From Trichoplax sp. H2 (lineage: Eukaryota), in contig NOWV01000021.1 of assembly GCA_003344405.1 (NCBI GenBank), forward strand, positions 496,001-560,000: a stretch of 64,000 nt of DNA, written 5' to 3'. Below are positions 1-14,385 of the stretch, piece after piece (positions within the stretch are counted from its first letter, which is position 1; each line of letters opens with the position of its first letter). The notes below the pieces were generated by a model. The model made no database searches. It worked only from the letters and a program-made list of their open reading frames with translations, and was not told where the DNA came from. The translations under genes were made by a program, and so were the position numbers.

Positions 1-930
1 AATTGGTTGCAATGCAGTAGGTGAAAAGTTCAATGTAGGAGTTGCTCCAGTACTGTACGAGTACACTACACTAGTTACTCCACTATCAAAGTGTCTGAAA
101 TACAATTCTCTATGTTCCAGTAGTCCCTAATGCCATGATACTGTACAGTGTACATGTACTGTACGTTAGTGTGTTTTGAGGGGTACCATAATCCCAGGTT
201 ATTCAGCAGTTGAATTGTGTTCGAATTTGAGAACAAGGTATCGATAGCTTAAGAACTACGTATGAGAATTTGTGTTTCTACAACACAGTATGCAAGCGAA
301 CGTTGATTTCCTGGATTCTCTTATAGTTCAAGTACTGTACGCGCTTGCTTGTCGTACTGCTGCATGCAGTGAAATTTTGCATCATTGCCGTGAAACATTT
401 TCAAAGCCTTTAGTTCAATAAAGGTGGCAAAAAATAACCATTCAACACAGTCTTTTAACTGCCTAATACTAGGTTCATAAGCATAGAAATATAGTAAAAA
501 TACTAATTACCGTGCATCCATCTCATCTATAACTTGTAAACGGATTTTATTGGATATTTTGTAGTAAAAAAATAGAGTGTAGTCTGGGTTGAAAATCCAA
601 ACCTCCTTTGACTTGGTGTAAAGTAAAGTGTGAAATCTTTTTCAAAGCGAATTACAGTAATTTTACTCCATAGGAAAGAAATGATTCTTGTCATAATAAT
701 CACAATATCATGATGTCAATTGCATACTATAACAACAACCTTTTAATGGAAAGCGAAAATCTCAACTCCAATTGAATTCCTTGGAATTAGCGATTGAAAA
801 ATCAGCAAGTTGCAGCTCGAAGAAGTTGAACGGCGGCACGCGTGGCTGCTTTGAAATGAAATAAGTTGGGAAAGCTTTTCCTTTGTGTCCTATATCACGG
901 TTTACTGAACTGCACACTGTATTAGGGACC

Positions 931-1129
931 AGATCGCGCACAGAAAGACAGACACCCGGTCCTGTGCAGTCTCCAGTGTACAGTCATTGGATGGCTGCAC
1001 ACTGTACTGTAGTGTACTGTATTAATTAGGGACTACTATACAGTACATTGTACTGTAGATCGCGCACAGAAAGACAGACGCCCTTTCCTGTACAGTCTAC
1101 AGTCTACAGTCTATAGTCATTGGATGGCT
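931..1129. repeat. Imperfect ~70-bp direct duplication upstream of the kinase gene
   Basis: agatcgcgcacagaaagacagac...cctgt.cagtct.cagt...agtcattggatggct occurs at 931-996 and 1057-1129; both copies carry ATTGG (reverse CCAAT). Confidence 0.85.
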
Positions 1130-1456
1130 CGAATATAGACTACTCATACATTGAATTCGAACACTATAATCTCTAGTATGGACTGCTAAAAAACGACACC
1201 TGTACTAATTTCTACAGTAGTGTACTATGTAGGGTAGCAAATACTGTAGTACATAGCACTGGTACCAATACACTGTACTGGTACCAGCCACTCCCTGCCT
1301 TGCCTGCCTGGGTGCTAAAAAGAAGCGGTAAAATCCTGCCACTCAATACTGGGCTGTAGACTGCAAATCTTCCATAGTAAATAATAGACTACGAGTCAGT
1401 AGGCTCGGAATGGAAGTGGTGGGATAATGCTTATAAACGCTACTTGAATTGGTAAT

Positions 1457-4400
1457 ATGGATCCCAATTCAGCTTTTTCCGCTTATAGTCGGTAAGTTCA
1501 GTCATCTCTACTGTATTAATTAATGTTACTATTAATAGGAGTAGAATTTTCGACTTCTGCCTTGATTTATCCAAAGCTTGCCATCGCATCGTTGTTACCG
1601 TACTCTAAGTTGTAGTGTTTATTTACAGTCTAAAAAAAATGTACCGACTAAAAATGAACGATGAAGACAGTAGACGAGCGCTTATTGCCCAAAAGTAGAG
1701 ATTAATCGGAAGTGTCATCAAATAATAGATAATCTACAATGTTAGCCCTACAATCTACTTTCGGAGATCCCTTGCATAAAATACAAGGCTTAGCATTTAT
1801 ACAGTATATTCTCATCCTCACTACACTGTACTATCGTGAGATTGATTGATACCAAACAACCACTCTATTGACAATTATGATAGCAAAATTTTTACATGAG
1901 CAATCTTGGACTGCTTCATAGATAAAACACTATGTCGTAAAATTGAAATTGGTCTAAAATTACCTTTTCTTTCAACGGGCTGCTTTAGTGTATTCAGTGA
2001 GAGCTAGTGAGATTGTTGAAAATGATTCAATGAAATGGAATTGCTAGATTAGTTTGTACACAATGTACTGTATTATCATTGGCTTCAATAGGCATACTGT
2101 AAGCATTGAACGTAGGAGCAAGAAACAGAATGACCATCGATTGATTATATTTCCTATATGATCCTCAGACACTTACTATAGTAATAATATCACCAAGAAT
2201 GATATTATTTTCTGGATCTGGATCAGTGATAGTTTCGTGTAATTCATTAATTTATTAATATGGACCGTCTCACGTACTTTATAAACATAATCAATGCATA
2301 GTGTTTTACGCTTCGTGATCATGATAGGCAATATTCATTTTACAGACTTACATACCAAAATTGGACTTATGTTCCATCCCCCTCCAACCGGAATTTGGTA
2401 CAACAATTTACTATTGGATACAAGATGATTATGGAACAGCTTAATCCGAACTCCATTCAGATCCAAGCGAATAAACATAAAGTAAATTTCAATTCAGGTA
2501 CTGCATCAATAATAATAAATTGAATTATTTATCAACCGTAATAACTACTTTTGCTAGTCAACAGTACGGTGGCATTCTCTTATCCTCTTACACATGATAG
2601 AAGTTGAATGGAGACTAATTATAATGTCATTGATCACTTTTATACTGCTGTAGTAATAGTCATTCTATGAATCAATGTCGTCGCCCTTGCAATGTCTTTT
2701 TCCTTTTTTCTTATATTTTAAATTATATATCAAATATTTACTCTAGTTAATCATATTATATTTTTTTCCCCTTGGCTCTATTATAGCTAGGACAAAAACG
2801 GAACATGATGTTGCTACAAATAAATTTTTACCAACCAATTCAGGTAATTAATTAAGCCTATTTTTATTACCTACTATCGTAAATGCTTATACATAGTATA
2901 TGGTATTACTACACTATATGTGTAAATAAACAAAAGCTATGATGTACTATACTGATAGTAGAGTATAATAACAAGCATGAATCTGGGCATATCGTACTTA
3001 TAGTAACTCATTTTTGTTCTAAATAGACACTGTCCTAGGAAATCGTTATCGCTATAAAGAAATAATTGGTCATGGAACATTTTCAGTAGTAATTGCAGCC
3101 AAGGTACAAATATATTATGAATAAAAGTACCTTAATTATGTCAATGTTACGATTACACTTACTTATCTCTAATAATGGTAATGGTTTCATGATACGATAA
3201 TCAATTTTTAATCATGCAATATATCCAGTATTTAGCCCCATTTATACTTTCACATCAATTTCAATGAATCTTGCTTACTGACCACTTACGGTTGACTACC
3301 ACTGTAATCACTATTAAAAACTCCTTACTAAATCTTGCAAGGATTTATACATGCACAACAAGATCATCGCCATAAAAATATTTCATCGCAATTATAAAGT
3401 TATTGGTTTACAGGTACGATATCTCAAGTGTTATAATCGACCTGTGATCAAGATAAACACTTGACCATTATTACAAGACTTAGCAACTCGAAAGCTATTC
3501 ACATTTTCCGTTTTATACCAAAGTTGTTTACATCACCTTTTATCTAATAACAGGAAGCTGAATGTGTGCGAAAACTCAACCAAATGGATTGTATGGATGT
3601 ATCAAAAGTTATTAAGATCTTTGTATGTATGCAATACTATAAACTGGCACAATTCTTGTCAATGCTTCTTAATCTTGTAATAAATATTAACCATGGAATA
3701 TAATCATAGCGGGGAATGATTCTTAAGCGATCAATATGATAATTAGCCCTAAAATTTACCCTCTTTTGCCGATATTTAATTCTTTTAATTTTACTAGAAT
3801 ACCATCATGTATGAAGACCATCTCTGTATTGTCTATCAATGTTTGGATCCCAGACCAATTACTGCTTATTTCCAGGTTTATTACGATTTATTTAATAATA
3901 CTTATTGTAACTTATCCAGCGCAAAGTCTATCCTAGTCTTACCTAGGCTAACTACCAAATAAAGTATGTATTAATATTTCGTTTTATTTAGAGGGTGACA
4001 GTCAATGAAAACCATGAAGAGGTAGAAGGCCTCGCAACTAGTTCAAACTTGTATAAATTTTTAAAATTGTCCTCTTTTATGTTCATTTCTTAATATCAAT
4101 GATGTTTTGTTGTTTTGATAAAATTAACAGAAGTTGAAGTTATTACGCCACGTTGTGAAGCAGGTATTAAATAGCTTAAGGTTTTACTGACTGTACAGTA
4201 CTTTATATTAATCCTATACGGTTTTAGTCAGGTACTCATGTTATTCATTTATTTTTTCGCAATGTTTGGAAATCCAACAGTTATTGGAATGTTTAGCTTT
4301 CCTACGAAGGTGTGTAATATTTGATGCTAATTATTATCTTTAACCTTTGGGTGCTAATTGTACATAATGCGAGTATATCCGCATATTATGATATATCGTA

Positions 4401-6436
4401 ACTAATTTACACTTAACCCCTAGAGCAAATATCATTCATGCTGATATAAAACCAGCCAATATTCTTGTATCTAATGGTAAGTCACTCATGATAAAATAAA
4501 GCAGCTGATAAGATATTATATATACACTCCTTTATTTTTTTCTTACGATATTGCTTTATCTTTGAAGAAAGTGACTTATCAATTAAATTGGTGGATTTTA
4601 GCAATTCATTCCATTGTGTCCATGAAGAGGTAAAATTTGCTATACTTACTAGCTGTATGTAGACATAAATTAATATAAGCAGCGCAATAATGAATGTTAT
4701 CGTAAGCTTCCACTTATCTTAAATGCAGCTCACTTAACGTATGCTTTACCTTTATTTGAACGATACTACAATTATGCAGTAATTTTTACGTATATATGTA
4801 CAATTGGATATATTTATTCATTGTCCAGATTGAAATATTAAAATGTTATTTGTTTTGTCCGCAGATTTGTCTATATTACGATAACTTTGAATTACAAACT
4901 TTGAACTATCGTGCACCTGAGGTAGAGATATAAATACAAATAAAATCTATTATCTTAAAGACCAAGAATGACAGTAAGCTTGATAGGTAATGCTTGGAAT
5001 TCCTTTCGGACCTGAAATCGATATGTGGTCGTTAGGGTGTGTTGTAGCTGAGGTATATTTGAACTTCTCTTTCTGCCTTAAAGGCTTATGTTTAATAACC
5101 TACGGTAACAGGGAATAAAACTTTACAATTTTTTGTTTTATACTTTCAGCTATACTCGTGTAAGCCGTTATTTAAAGGAAAGTATAAAGGAGAAATAATT
5201 CAAAATGTAAGATGTCACTGCCACAATATTCGAAGAACTATGCTTTTATTAAAATGTGTTAATAAATATAATAACATCCCGTAGATTAGTAATTTACTCG
5301 GTTCCTGGCCGGTAAGTTTTTTTCGTCGAGGTAAATTTTACCAGGAATTTGCTAATGAGGTTATTGAACACCCAAAAAATACGTATTGTAAGTAGCCCTT
5401 CATTTTACAGTATTACCCGAAGTTGGCATGAATTACATGATTTATAAATTCTATCATTTACGTCTTATCCATAGTTACTCATAGAGAATATCTAATCATG
5501 GATAAAATAAATGACAAAATAAGATGCTTCAATCTAGCGAATCTAATTCTTGGACTCTTAAAGTACAATCCTAGTACGTAATACCTTGGTATTTATATAT
5601 ATTACTAAGTTTATTTAATATCTAGATAAACAACGATGATTATGATACTGGTATATTCTTTTAGGTGAGCGATATTCGGTATCTGAAGTGGTACAACATC
5701 CCTTTATGCTGGCAGAAAATTCTGTGAATTACTTTTTATTTAACGATGGTAACTCTTAACAATCATACGATGTATCGTATCTATATTCAGTTATATTATT
5801 GCATCGATAAAGTTATGTGAAAGCAATATGCAACAATTACTATCAACTTTAAAAGCATTTAACTGTGATGATTTTTTTTTATGTATGATATTATTTCAAG
5901 ACTTATCTGGCAGTGGAGTCGTTCCATCAGGCACTTATCAGTACAAACCGGATAACTCAAAGAATAACTTACGATTACCAGTCAAACAAGATAAGATGAC
6001 AAAGTGTACTCGAAAACGCCCAGAAACTTCAGACAGCTCCAACGTAAAATCAATTGGAACAGAATTTTCAAGCATTAATGTGAAGGTGTTCTGTTTACAG
6101 AGGACGACGTCAAACTGCAACAGCGGTGAGTCTGAAAAGACAGCAGCAATCACTTCCAATAACGAACTAGATCTAGTAAATGTGGGAGATACTTCCGATG
6201 ATGAAATTACTGATTCTGTTCAAAATGTCCATGCTGCTGTTCCTAACCACAAGGATTACGTAGAAATATATGATAACTGTGCTAGATCTCGTGGGTCATT
6301 TTGGTTAAGGTCTAGCTCCGAAGATAATACAACTATCAATGAAACTTTAAACACTCACGAAAAAAGCGTCGCCAATAGGAATAATAGTTGCGCTCGGACT
6401 AGAATCATCACTGTAAATACTACGATTGCATCGTAG
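1457..6436 (+). CDS. CMGC-group Ser/Thr kinase, HIPK/PRP4/DYRK-like, ~582 aa, 19 exons
   Basis: Exons 1457-1491, 2346-2497, 2787-2843, 3027-3103, 3342-3413, 3554-3622, 3798-3875, 3992-4021, 4131-4163, 4281-4309, 4424-4476, 4568-4629, 4865-4921, 4987-5052, 5150-5206, 5285-5387, 5475-5573, 5665-5748, 5901-6436 join in frame with GT-AG. Motifs IGHGTFSVV, IIAIKIF, HLCIVYQCL, IIHADIKPANIL, KLVDFS, QTLNYRAPE, IDMWSLGCVVAE, YNPSERYS..HPF. The first three exons are less certain. Confidence 0.9.
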
Positions 6437-7427
6437 TACTCCAAGGGTATTTTATCTGTTGAGTTTTATTTAGAAAGCATTGCAACTATCCAGGCTTTTT
6501 ATTTTAAAGCTAAAAAATTTTTCTAAGTAAGGAACAATCGTTTTTGTGAATGAAGCTTAATACTTGATGGATTGATATATCATTTATCAAACATCAAGCT
6601 AAAATTTTAATACTGTGCTCATATATAATGCACATGTAAATACCCATTTACTGTATATAAATTTAATGATACCAACACGTAGATGTATATTTTGTACATA
6701 AAATACTGTCCGTAATCGAAGTGTACTATATTGATTAAAAATATTGTAATGTGAATTGTAAAAATGTAACACTTTAAACTTTCTTATTTTTACTATTTAC
6801 TTCATTTCATTTAATGTAAATACACGGACGTATTTATTAAATTAATGTACATTCAATTTACTCAAGTTATTATATACGGCATTCACGTAGTCATTTTTTT
6901 ATAGTTTAGAATAAATATTTCAAGAAACTGTATGTCATATTAATTACTTTTGCTGTTGTTTCTTTGCATGGAATTTTTGAAGAAAGTTAGGCGTATGTAC
7001 GGTGGAATCTAGGCTTTAATCGTAACGATAAGACTGTTGTCTAAACTATAACGCAATCATCACTTTTATTATCATAAAAGAGATTTATCGATCGATGCTA
7101 CGGTACATTTATATAGTAGGGATATAAAATTTAAACGTTTTATTACTAATCAGTGCATCCCCAAAAATAATTGGTAATGATAATTAATTACTCGTAAGAT
7201 AAGCAAACTCTTAAAATATTACTTTGACTCGGTTATTGATGAATCTTACAGTCAAGCAGCCATTTTATAACAGCGATAATAAATTGACAACAATTGTTTA
7301 GTCACTGTAAACAGCATTGGAAAGATTAAGAATAAGCGATCATATACGTATATCTATCTTAACCAGAAACAAAATGGTTACGAGCTACTATAGTTAATCA
7401 TCAAACACCATTTTGTTATATTTAACA

Positions 7428-10400
7428 TCACTCAGTGGATAAGAATTGAAATGCTGTGTCACGTTCTTCAACTAATTCATTAGCAGTTGCTTCCATTTTA
7501 GAACGTGCGAAATCGCTAACACTAAGTCCATTAACGAATTCCCATTTACGATTCTTAATTCTTACTGGAAATGAGTACATTACATTATCTGGAACGCCAT
7601 ATGAGTTACCATCTGAAATAACACCCATAGAGGTCCATTCACCCTATATTACGTAAGTGATTACGGTATTATTCAGTAAAAGATTAATTTATTCTTACAA
7701 ATATTAGACATTGACGATTCCTTACGTTCAGTTCAGAATCATACAACATGATTGTATATTCATATATGCCATACTAGAAATTGTGGCCCGAGTAATCTTA
7801 CCTCTTTTGTGCCATTCCATAAATCGCGTACATGATCGCAAATAGCTTTCGCAGCTGAGACAGCACTTGAAAACTTTCGTGCAGCAATGACAGCAGCGCC
7901 GCGTTTTTGGACAGTCTGCAATTCAGTCAAAAAAATTGCGTATATTAGTAACATAGTAACAAGTAGATGTAATAGGCATGAATTTTGTGAAAGACAAGAT
8001 AACTAAAGTTAATGTAAACATTTACAGAAATGAATTCCCCGTGAAGCCAATTATCGTCGCTAACTCGCTCAGTAACACTGTCGCCATTAGTCATTTTGGC
8101 ATGAGAAGCATCTGGAAATTGTGTTGAAGAATGATTACCCCAAATGATGACGTTGCGTACTTCGGTGTTCTTAACATTCAAACGCGCAGCTATCTACCAG
8201 AAGAAATTTCAACAGGATGATATATAATGTCAGTAACTAAAGAACTGGCGTACAGTAGCATAACATCTCAAAACAATCAATAACATATTAAGTACCTGAG
8301 CTTGTGCTCTATTTTGATCTAATCGAGTAAGACATGAAAAATTCTCTTTTGGAATAGTTTTCGCATATTGAGACATAACCAGACAATTGGTATTAGCCGG
8401 ATTGCCGACAACAACTACCTAAAGATTTAATAGTTATAATCAGTACAATTTCTATGTGTTCGTACATATAATAATTATACGACCTAATCATACAATTTCA
8501 GTGCTGGACATTTACAGTAGTAATGACTAATCATTAAAAAATAATTTTCTCATATACGTATATTCATTTTATATACCCTGACATCCTTTTTAGCAACTTC
8601 ATCGATTGCCTTTCCTTGTACTTCAAAGATCTTAACATTCGCCTTAAGTAAGTCTTTCCTCAGCATACCTTCCCTACGTGGCATAGCGCCAACCATAATC
8701 GCAAGATCGATGTCTTTGAAAGCCACTTTAGGGTCGTCAGTTGCAATAGTTTCTGCGGAGTTATTGAGAATAACAGTAACGTTAAATAATAGCGTGGAGG
8801 CGACATTTACAAAATTTTAGCACATTCACCAAGACCATTTACATAATAGATTTATTAACATTATTCCATACTAGAAAGGCAAGCCAGCCATTGTATTTAC
8901 AAGACTTTTAATCATCTGATAATGACTACTAGTATTTGATGTGAACCTGGCTAGATTTAAGGTTACTACGCGTTATACTTTTACAGCAAATTAAAAATTA
9001 GATTCACCAGTACAATTATCCATAGAATTTTTACCAGTATCGCTAAGGACTTTGTAGAAAGTAAAAATGTTAATGTAGAGTTACAAAATATATCGCTGAT
9101 GTACGGAAGCTCGTAGGGAAAACTTTACATCTTTATAGAGTAACGGACTAATTGGCTATAAAAATTTAACCAACACACTTCCCCTCTGGCAATGATTGTG
9201 AATCATACGTATTTAATAACATGTTCGTAATTCGTAAAGTATAGGTTGATCATGTTTTCCCGATATCGCTATTCAATTTAACTTATTAAATCACAATGCA
9301 ATAATAATAAATTAATTAATTAATTGACAGAAAAAAGACGTAGGTTACAGCACCCTAAAAGTTAGCATATGTTCTACGGTTAATAACCAGCTTTCATAGC
9401 AATAAGACCGCAGCACATGCTACTATCTACAGTATCTGGTATAACTTTGTGCTAAATATACGCGTATGAACGCAACTTGTCATAGGATACTAGATGTTGT
9501 GATCAGCTGTTCTTAGCAGATTAATATTTTAAAGCGGAAACATAGAGATACTACCGTCGAATTGACAACACTTGATGTTGTTTTTTTAATCCTAACGATT
9601 TAAAGTAAGTAAATCTTTGTGTTATGAAATACCTATAGCAGTATATTCAATAATTACATTATGTTATCTTGTATAAAATATTCTTTGCAATCAGTAGTGT
9701 AATTTATTTATTTATACTGTATATACGATTGCACAAGCTAATCAATGCTGGAAATCGATCAAAAAAAAGGTATAGTATAGTACAGTACAGTACATACTTA
9801 CAATACGGAAACAATAAATCGATAACGGAAAATTCTTGACTGATAAACCAGTTGTACAGCACTTAGGGCGCTCTGGGTAATAATGCTTAGCCACTTATTC
9901 TGGATGTCTAAAGGACTGTACAGTGTACAGTACAGTCTGTATTTTCTTAACGGTAAGATAACTAAATTGCTTCGAGCAAGGAAAAAATTTTTAAAACAAA
10001 CTCATTTTCGTATATATGTTATACACTCATTCTACAACACGCTAGAAAAATTATTATACCACATCAACCGCATATATTCTTACCTTTCAAAAGTGGTAAA
10101 GCACAATCTTGCAATTCCATAGCGACGCCACCTAAGGCTCCCATCATAACAGGAATATCCAGGAGTATCAAAATGACGGGCTAAATCAAAATAACCATAC
10201 CATTACGATAGAACAGATTACAACTTCAATTACGTACAGTACGTATATGGAGAAAATGTGACTAAATACGACTTAACACATTATCGTTTTACAATTAACG
10301 TATAGTAAATATAGTAATAAATCATTGCAAACGTAATATACGTAGCCAAAAATTGCCTCGCTTCCGTACTATCGTCTGTGATCCCTTTAATACGGATTCT

Positions 10401-12079
10401 AAATTCTAAATGCTTCGATGATCACTCATACAGCTTTCTGTTACTATTACGAGAATCGGTTAACATAAAGATCAAGTGTTAAACTATTACTTTATGGTCG
10501 AAAATTTACCAATAAGAACTCTGTTTGAAGCAACAGTTCAAAATTTAAAATGCATACTACCAAGGACATTACTACACAGCTGCAGCATTTACATTCAATT
10601 AATGTGCAACTATGAATCGTTCAAGTCATGTACATTGTACGGTATAATCCTAATTCAATTCTGTCTTAATTAATATCAAATTGAAAGCTTCCATTTAAAA
10701 AGCTAATGATTAACGTAATATTGAATCGTCTTATTTAGCATAGGATAATGCAATATGATGACAAAACGAAAGCGTAGTAAACCCCTCAATGCTAGCATTG
10801 AGTCTAACATGTGTGTGTATAATTCATTATGCATGTTCCTGAAGGAGAAGTCGCAGTAAACTAACTTGGACTGTTTTAGTGTTTTTTCTACAAATTTATG
10901 TCCTACTTTCTCACATAGCACAAATTTATGGCATAATTTCCACATAGCACAAGAAAATAAGGAAAATATTTTAAAACTTGATAAGTCAGCTTTAATCTTC
11001 TTCTCTGATAACTTGGTTATGATGCATGTGTTTGCCTTTCCAATCAGTTCTTGAAAGGTAGATGTCATATTGTACAGTAAAGCATCAGAATGACGCTATT
11101 TTGAGAAAAATTACTCCAGTATGTAGTAGCTTTGACATTGTTAATGGCTACAATTAGTTTGACATAATAACTGGTATTTCTACGTACTTTGGACATTGAA
11201 CTATGCTCAATCCTGTTCAATTTTGTCGCTCAAAAATAGCTGATAACGTCTACAATTTATGGCAAAGTATTAATCATCCTCATCCAACTGTTGCATCATG
11301 TCATTGCGATCACTGGCGATTAGGTTAGAATATACTATCGTTGTCCCAATTTTTACCTGATCTTGTCCAAAAACATCTCCTTTGGCAAGTTGATACAGGA
11401 GAGAATATGCAATTTGACCAGCAGCACCGGTAACGCAAACTCGAAGTGGCTCAGCCTATATTTTTAGAACGCAAGAAAAAATATATAAATATCATATTAC
11501 AGTATGACATATAACCTATTCCTACTGTGCACTATCTTGTGAATCAATGTTGAGCTGTGAGCAGATCTACAGGGTAATTCCAAATTGTAGGATTATAACA
11601 CATGACGATCAGGAGTCTTTTTCAGTCAATATTGAGAAGCTGGTCATATTCAATCCGTATTCCAGTATGACTTGTAACGACTTCACGAAATGGGTGTAGA
11701 CATACTGTACTGCTGATTAAAGTCTACTTTGAAAACGCTCTGACATGACTGCAATAGTTGCTATGACTATCAATAGAGGGGAAATGATAGTATCTTGATC
11801 GAAGTTGCACCATCCCTCAACTCTATAGTACAATACATAGGATTGATTGACTTGCATTGGAAGAGAAAATCATTCCACTATGACACAAGCAAGGTCGAGC
11901 CCAACGCGTATCTTGTTTCCTCTGTTATGGTCTTTTAGATGACCTTGGTGACTACAGTATCATTTTTTTCTTGTCGTTATCAACTCCACTCAATCTAGTA
12001 ATACATTACTTTGCACTTTTCAAGCCTATACAAGGGGTTAGCATGAATAAAAGTGAGCAATATTGATAGGACCTACCAT
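7428..12079 (-). CDS. MDH1: Cytosolic malate dehydrogenase, ~331 aa, 8 exons
   Basis: Exons 12077-12079 (ATG only), 11357-11455, 10084-10180, 8577-8752, 8296-8418, 8026-8193, 7802-7915, 7428-7643; motifs [64 protein letters not shown]. Confidence 0.97.
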
Positions 12080-12256
12080 TTTGATGCAAGTTGTAGTGGT
12101 TTGTTCTCCGTGTTTTTCAATGAAAGAAACGTCTCGCTCCTCGACGCGGTGCAGCAGGCGTTAAAGTAGACCGTGTTGCAGAGACCTCAGCTATAAATAC
12201 TCTGTCTTATCAGTAGCTTCACCATCGCTGTACTGTACTGTACCGTGTGTACGTCA

Positions 12257-12399
12257 GACTTGTGACGTCGCCGACCAAACGCTCGTCCATCCCATCTGTG
12301 AACCCACAACATGTCCTCAACTTCAACTGACTTGTGACGTCGCCGACCAAACGCTCGTCTATCCCATCTGTGAACCCACAACATGCCCTCAACTTCAAC
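12257..12399. repeat. Two near-identical 72-bp tandem copies in the MDH1 upstream region
   Basis: gacttgtgacgtcgccgaccaaacgctcgt...cctcaacttcaac starts at 12257 and 12329; each contains CRE-like TGACGTC. Confidence 0.92.
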
Positions 12400-13131
12400 C
12401 TCAAATGTCCAGTGACAACTGATACCTAACACCAGATAGCGATACTGCGGGGACAGCTAAAACATACTACAGCACAGTACAAACCACTATAGAAATTGGT
12501 AATGTAATCAAGGTACAGTACTGCACAGTGTACATGGTATGGGTCAAACTTTCTACACACGTGAATACTGCACTGTACCGTCCAGTGCTACAGTGTACAG
12601 TACGTTGGACTGTACTCTACAAGTGTACGTACTGTACTGCATACTGTATTTCTATCATTAATATGGTAATTTGGGTGGCGTTATACTGTATTTTCCCTAT
12701 TAATATTAATATATTTATTTATTTGCTTATTTATTTGATTTTGATGATAATGATTACAGTACATAATCAAATTTAGTTTATATTACTGTACACATAGTAC
12801 ATACTGTAAAGTATGTCGGAAAATCCTTTTCACTGGTGTACCTTGAAGCCGTTGCGTTTACCTACTTCGCTTGCAAACATGCGACATGTCCACGTGTATC
12901 AACCGTGCTACAGCCGCGGCTAACCCTTTCCTATTTACTACTGTAGTAGATAATGTAGTCACTAGTCACTACAAAAATTGACTGAACACAAGAGTCGCCC
13001 TTCCAGTTTCGCTCTTCTCTCCTAGTTGTCCCTGCGACGTTGATGTACATACAAAATATGGCTCGCCTCGATCTATCAAATTATACTGATAGCAAGGGAG
13101 GGTTGGGACTCGTCATTTAATACAAAACACT

Positions 13132-13444
13132 TAGGGACTGCTGAACTAAAAGAAGAGAAGGAGAGAGGGACGAGTACAATTCAAACTAGTCACTAGCGGC
13201 CGCTCAGTGCAAAATAATGAGGGAGCTTATCATTTTTCTCCTCATTCTACTATACGCTACGACCGAAATCGTATACTACACTGTACAAAACCAACCAAGC
13301 GGCCAATTTGAATGACAATCGTGGACAGTGTATCGTTTCAGATATACGGCACAGCTGAGATGACCAGCAAAATAGTCGGCCCCCTCATTTTTAGTATACT
13401 GAATGGCCCTTCTCTGTCCCTCTTTCTTCTTTCAGTAGTCCCTG
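13132..13444. mobile_element. MITE-like non-autonomous DNA transposon, copy 1
   Basis: Terminal inverted repeats tagggactgctgaa... / ...ttcagtagtccctg; internal sequence (aaaataatgagggagcttatcattttt...ctatacgctac) is homologous to 21778-22074; no clear TSD. Confidence 0.75.
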
Positions 13445-14093
13445 ACTGTGCCATGGACTAATAAAGCTTTTCTTATTGAGTCGTCCATGACTGTACTGAA
13501 TTATACAGCACAATAAGACTCTGCCAAGAACTAGAGTACACTGCCAAGTGACAAATCCTTACTCCGACTTCAGAGTTGCAGCTTCCGTGCGGGTTGTCTG
13601 TAGCATGATCCTTTCGCAAAACTATCCGACTATGATCGGAGAATTTGGACCGATCACTCCTGGATGGACAGACATCTTCGGCCTCATCTGTTTAAGACAC
13701 TGTACAGTACTGTACAGTGTACAATACAGTACAATTAGTCTGTGTCGAACACTTACAGTACAGTACAGTACAGTACTGTACTGTAAGTATGCGGACGGTC
13801 GATTTTAAATTGAATGTTTTTTCTAAATTAACAGTAAGGAATATTACATTGAATCTTATTACGCATCTGTTACTAAGTTCTGCTTGGAAACACTTCTATA
13901 ACATTGTCAATATCATTTCAATTAGTACTCGTGATTTGGAAAACAGACACGGAAGACCCATTATGAAGTAGGCATTTTTGGATAATGAAGACCTTCTTCA
14001 ACAAGCAAAATCCGTCCTTCCGAGAGAGAAAGTCATCCGTTATGTCCGTCCAGGGTCTTCTTATCAGTACTCAGTGACATACAGTACTGTAGT

Positions 14094-14385
14094 GCATGTC
14101 GTACCGTACCGTCCGTTGCAAATCCAGTATACAGTACAGTACTGTACACTGAACAGTACCACAGTGCCAATACAGTAGTACGGTGGCTTACAGTACAATA
14201 GTGCCTGCCGTACTGTACCGTCCGTTGCAAATCCAGTTTTCAGTACAGTACACTGAGTACAGTACCCCAGTGGCAATGGTGCATGCCGTACTGTACCGTC
14301 CGTTGCAAATGCAATATGCAGTACAGTACCAATAGTGCATACCGTACTGTACCGAAGGTGGCAAATCCAGTATGCTGTACAGTAC
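14094..14385. repeat. Four degenerate copies of gcatgccgtactgtaccgtccgttgcaaatccagt with ACAGT-rich spacers
   Basis: Copies near 14094, 14203, 14281 and 14337. Confidence 0.85.

Noticed and set aside
7416..7430. MDH1 stop-codon readthrough to a peroxisomal PTS1, as in vertebrates
   Set aside because: Context is TGA TGT TAA: no CUAG motif, an immediate second stop, and no SKL-like end
10703..11068. 121-aa ORF in MDH1 intron 2 as a nested gene or retroelement
   Set aside because: No recognisable domain motif and it contains a small internal duplication; cannot be supported without a search
13860..14070. SSAWKHF as a BED zinc finger or decayed transposase
   Set aside because: The following Cys/His ligands are absent and the frame is interrupted by a stop
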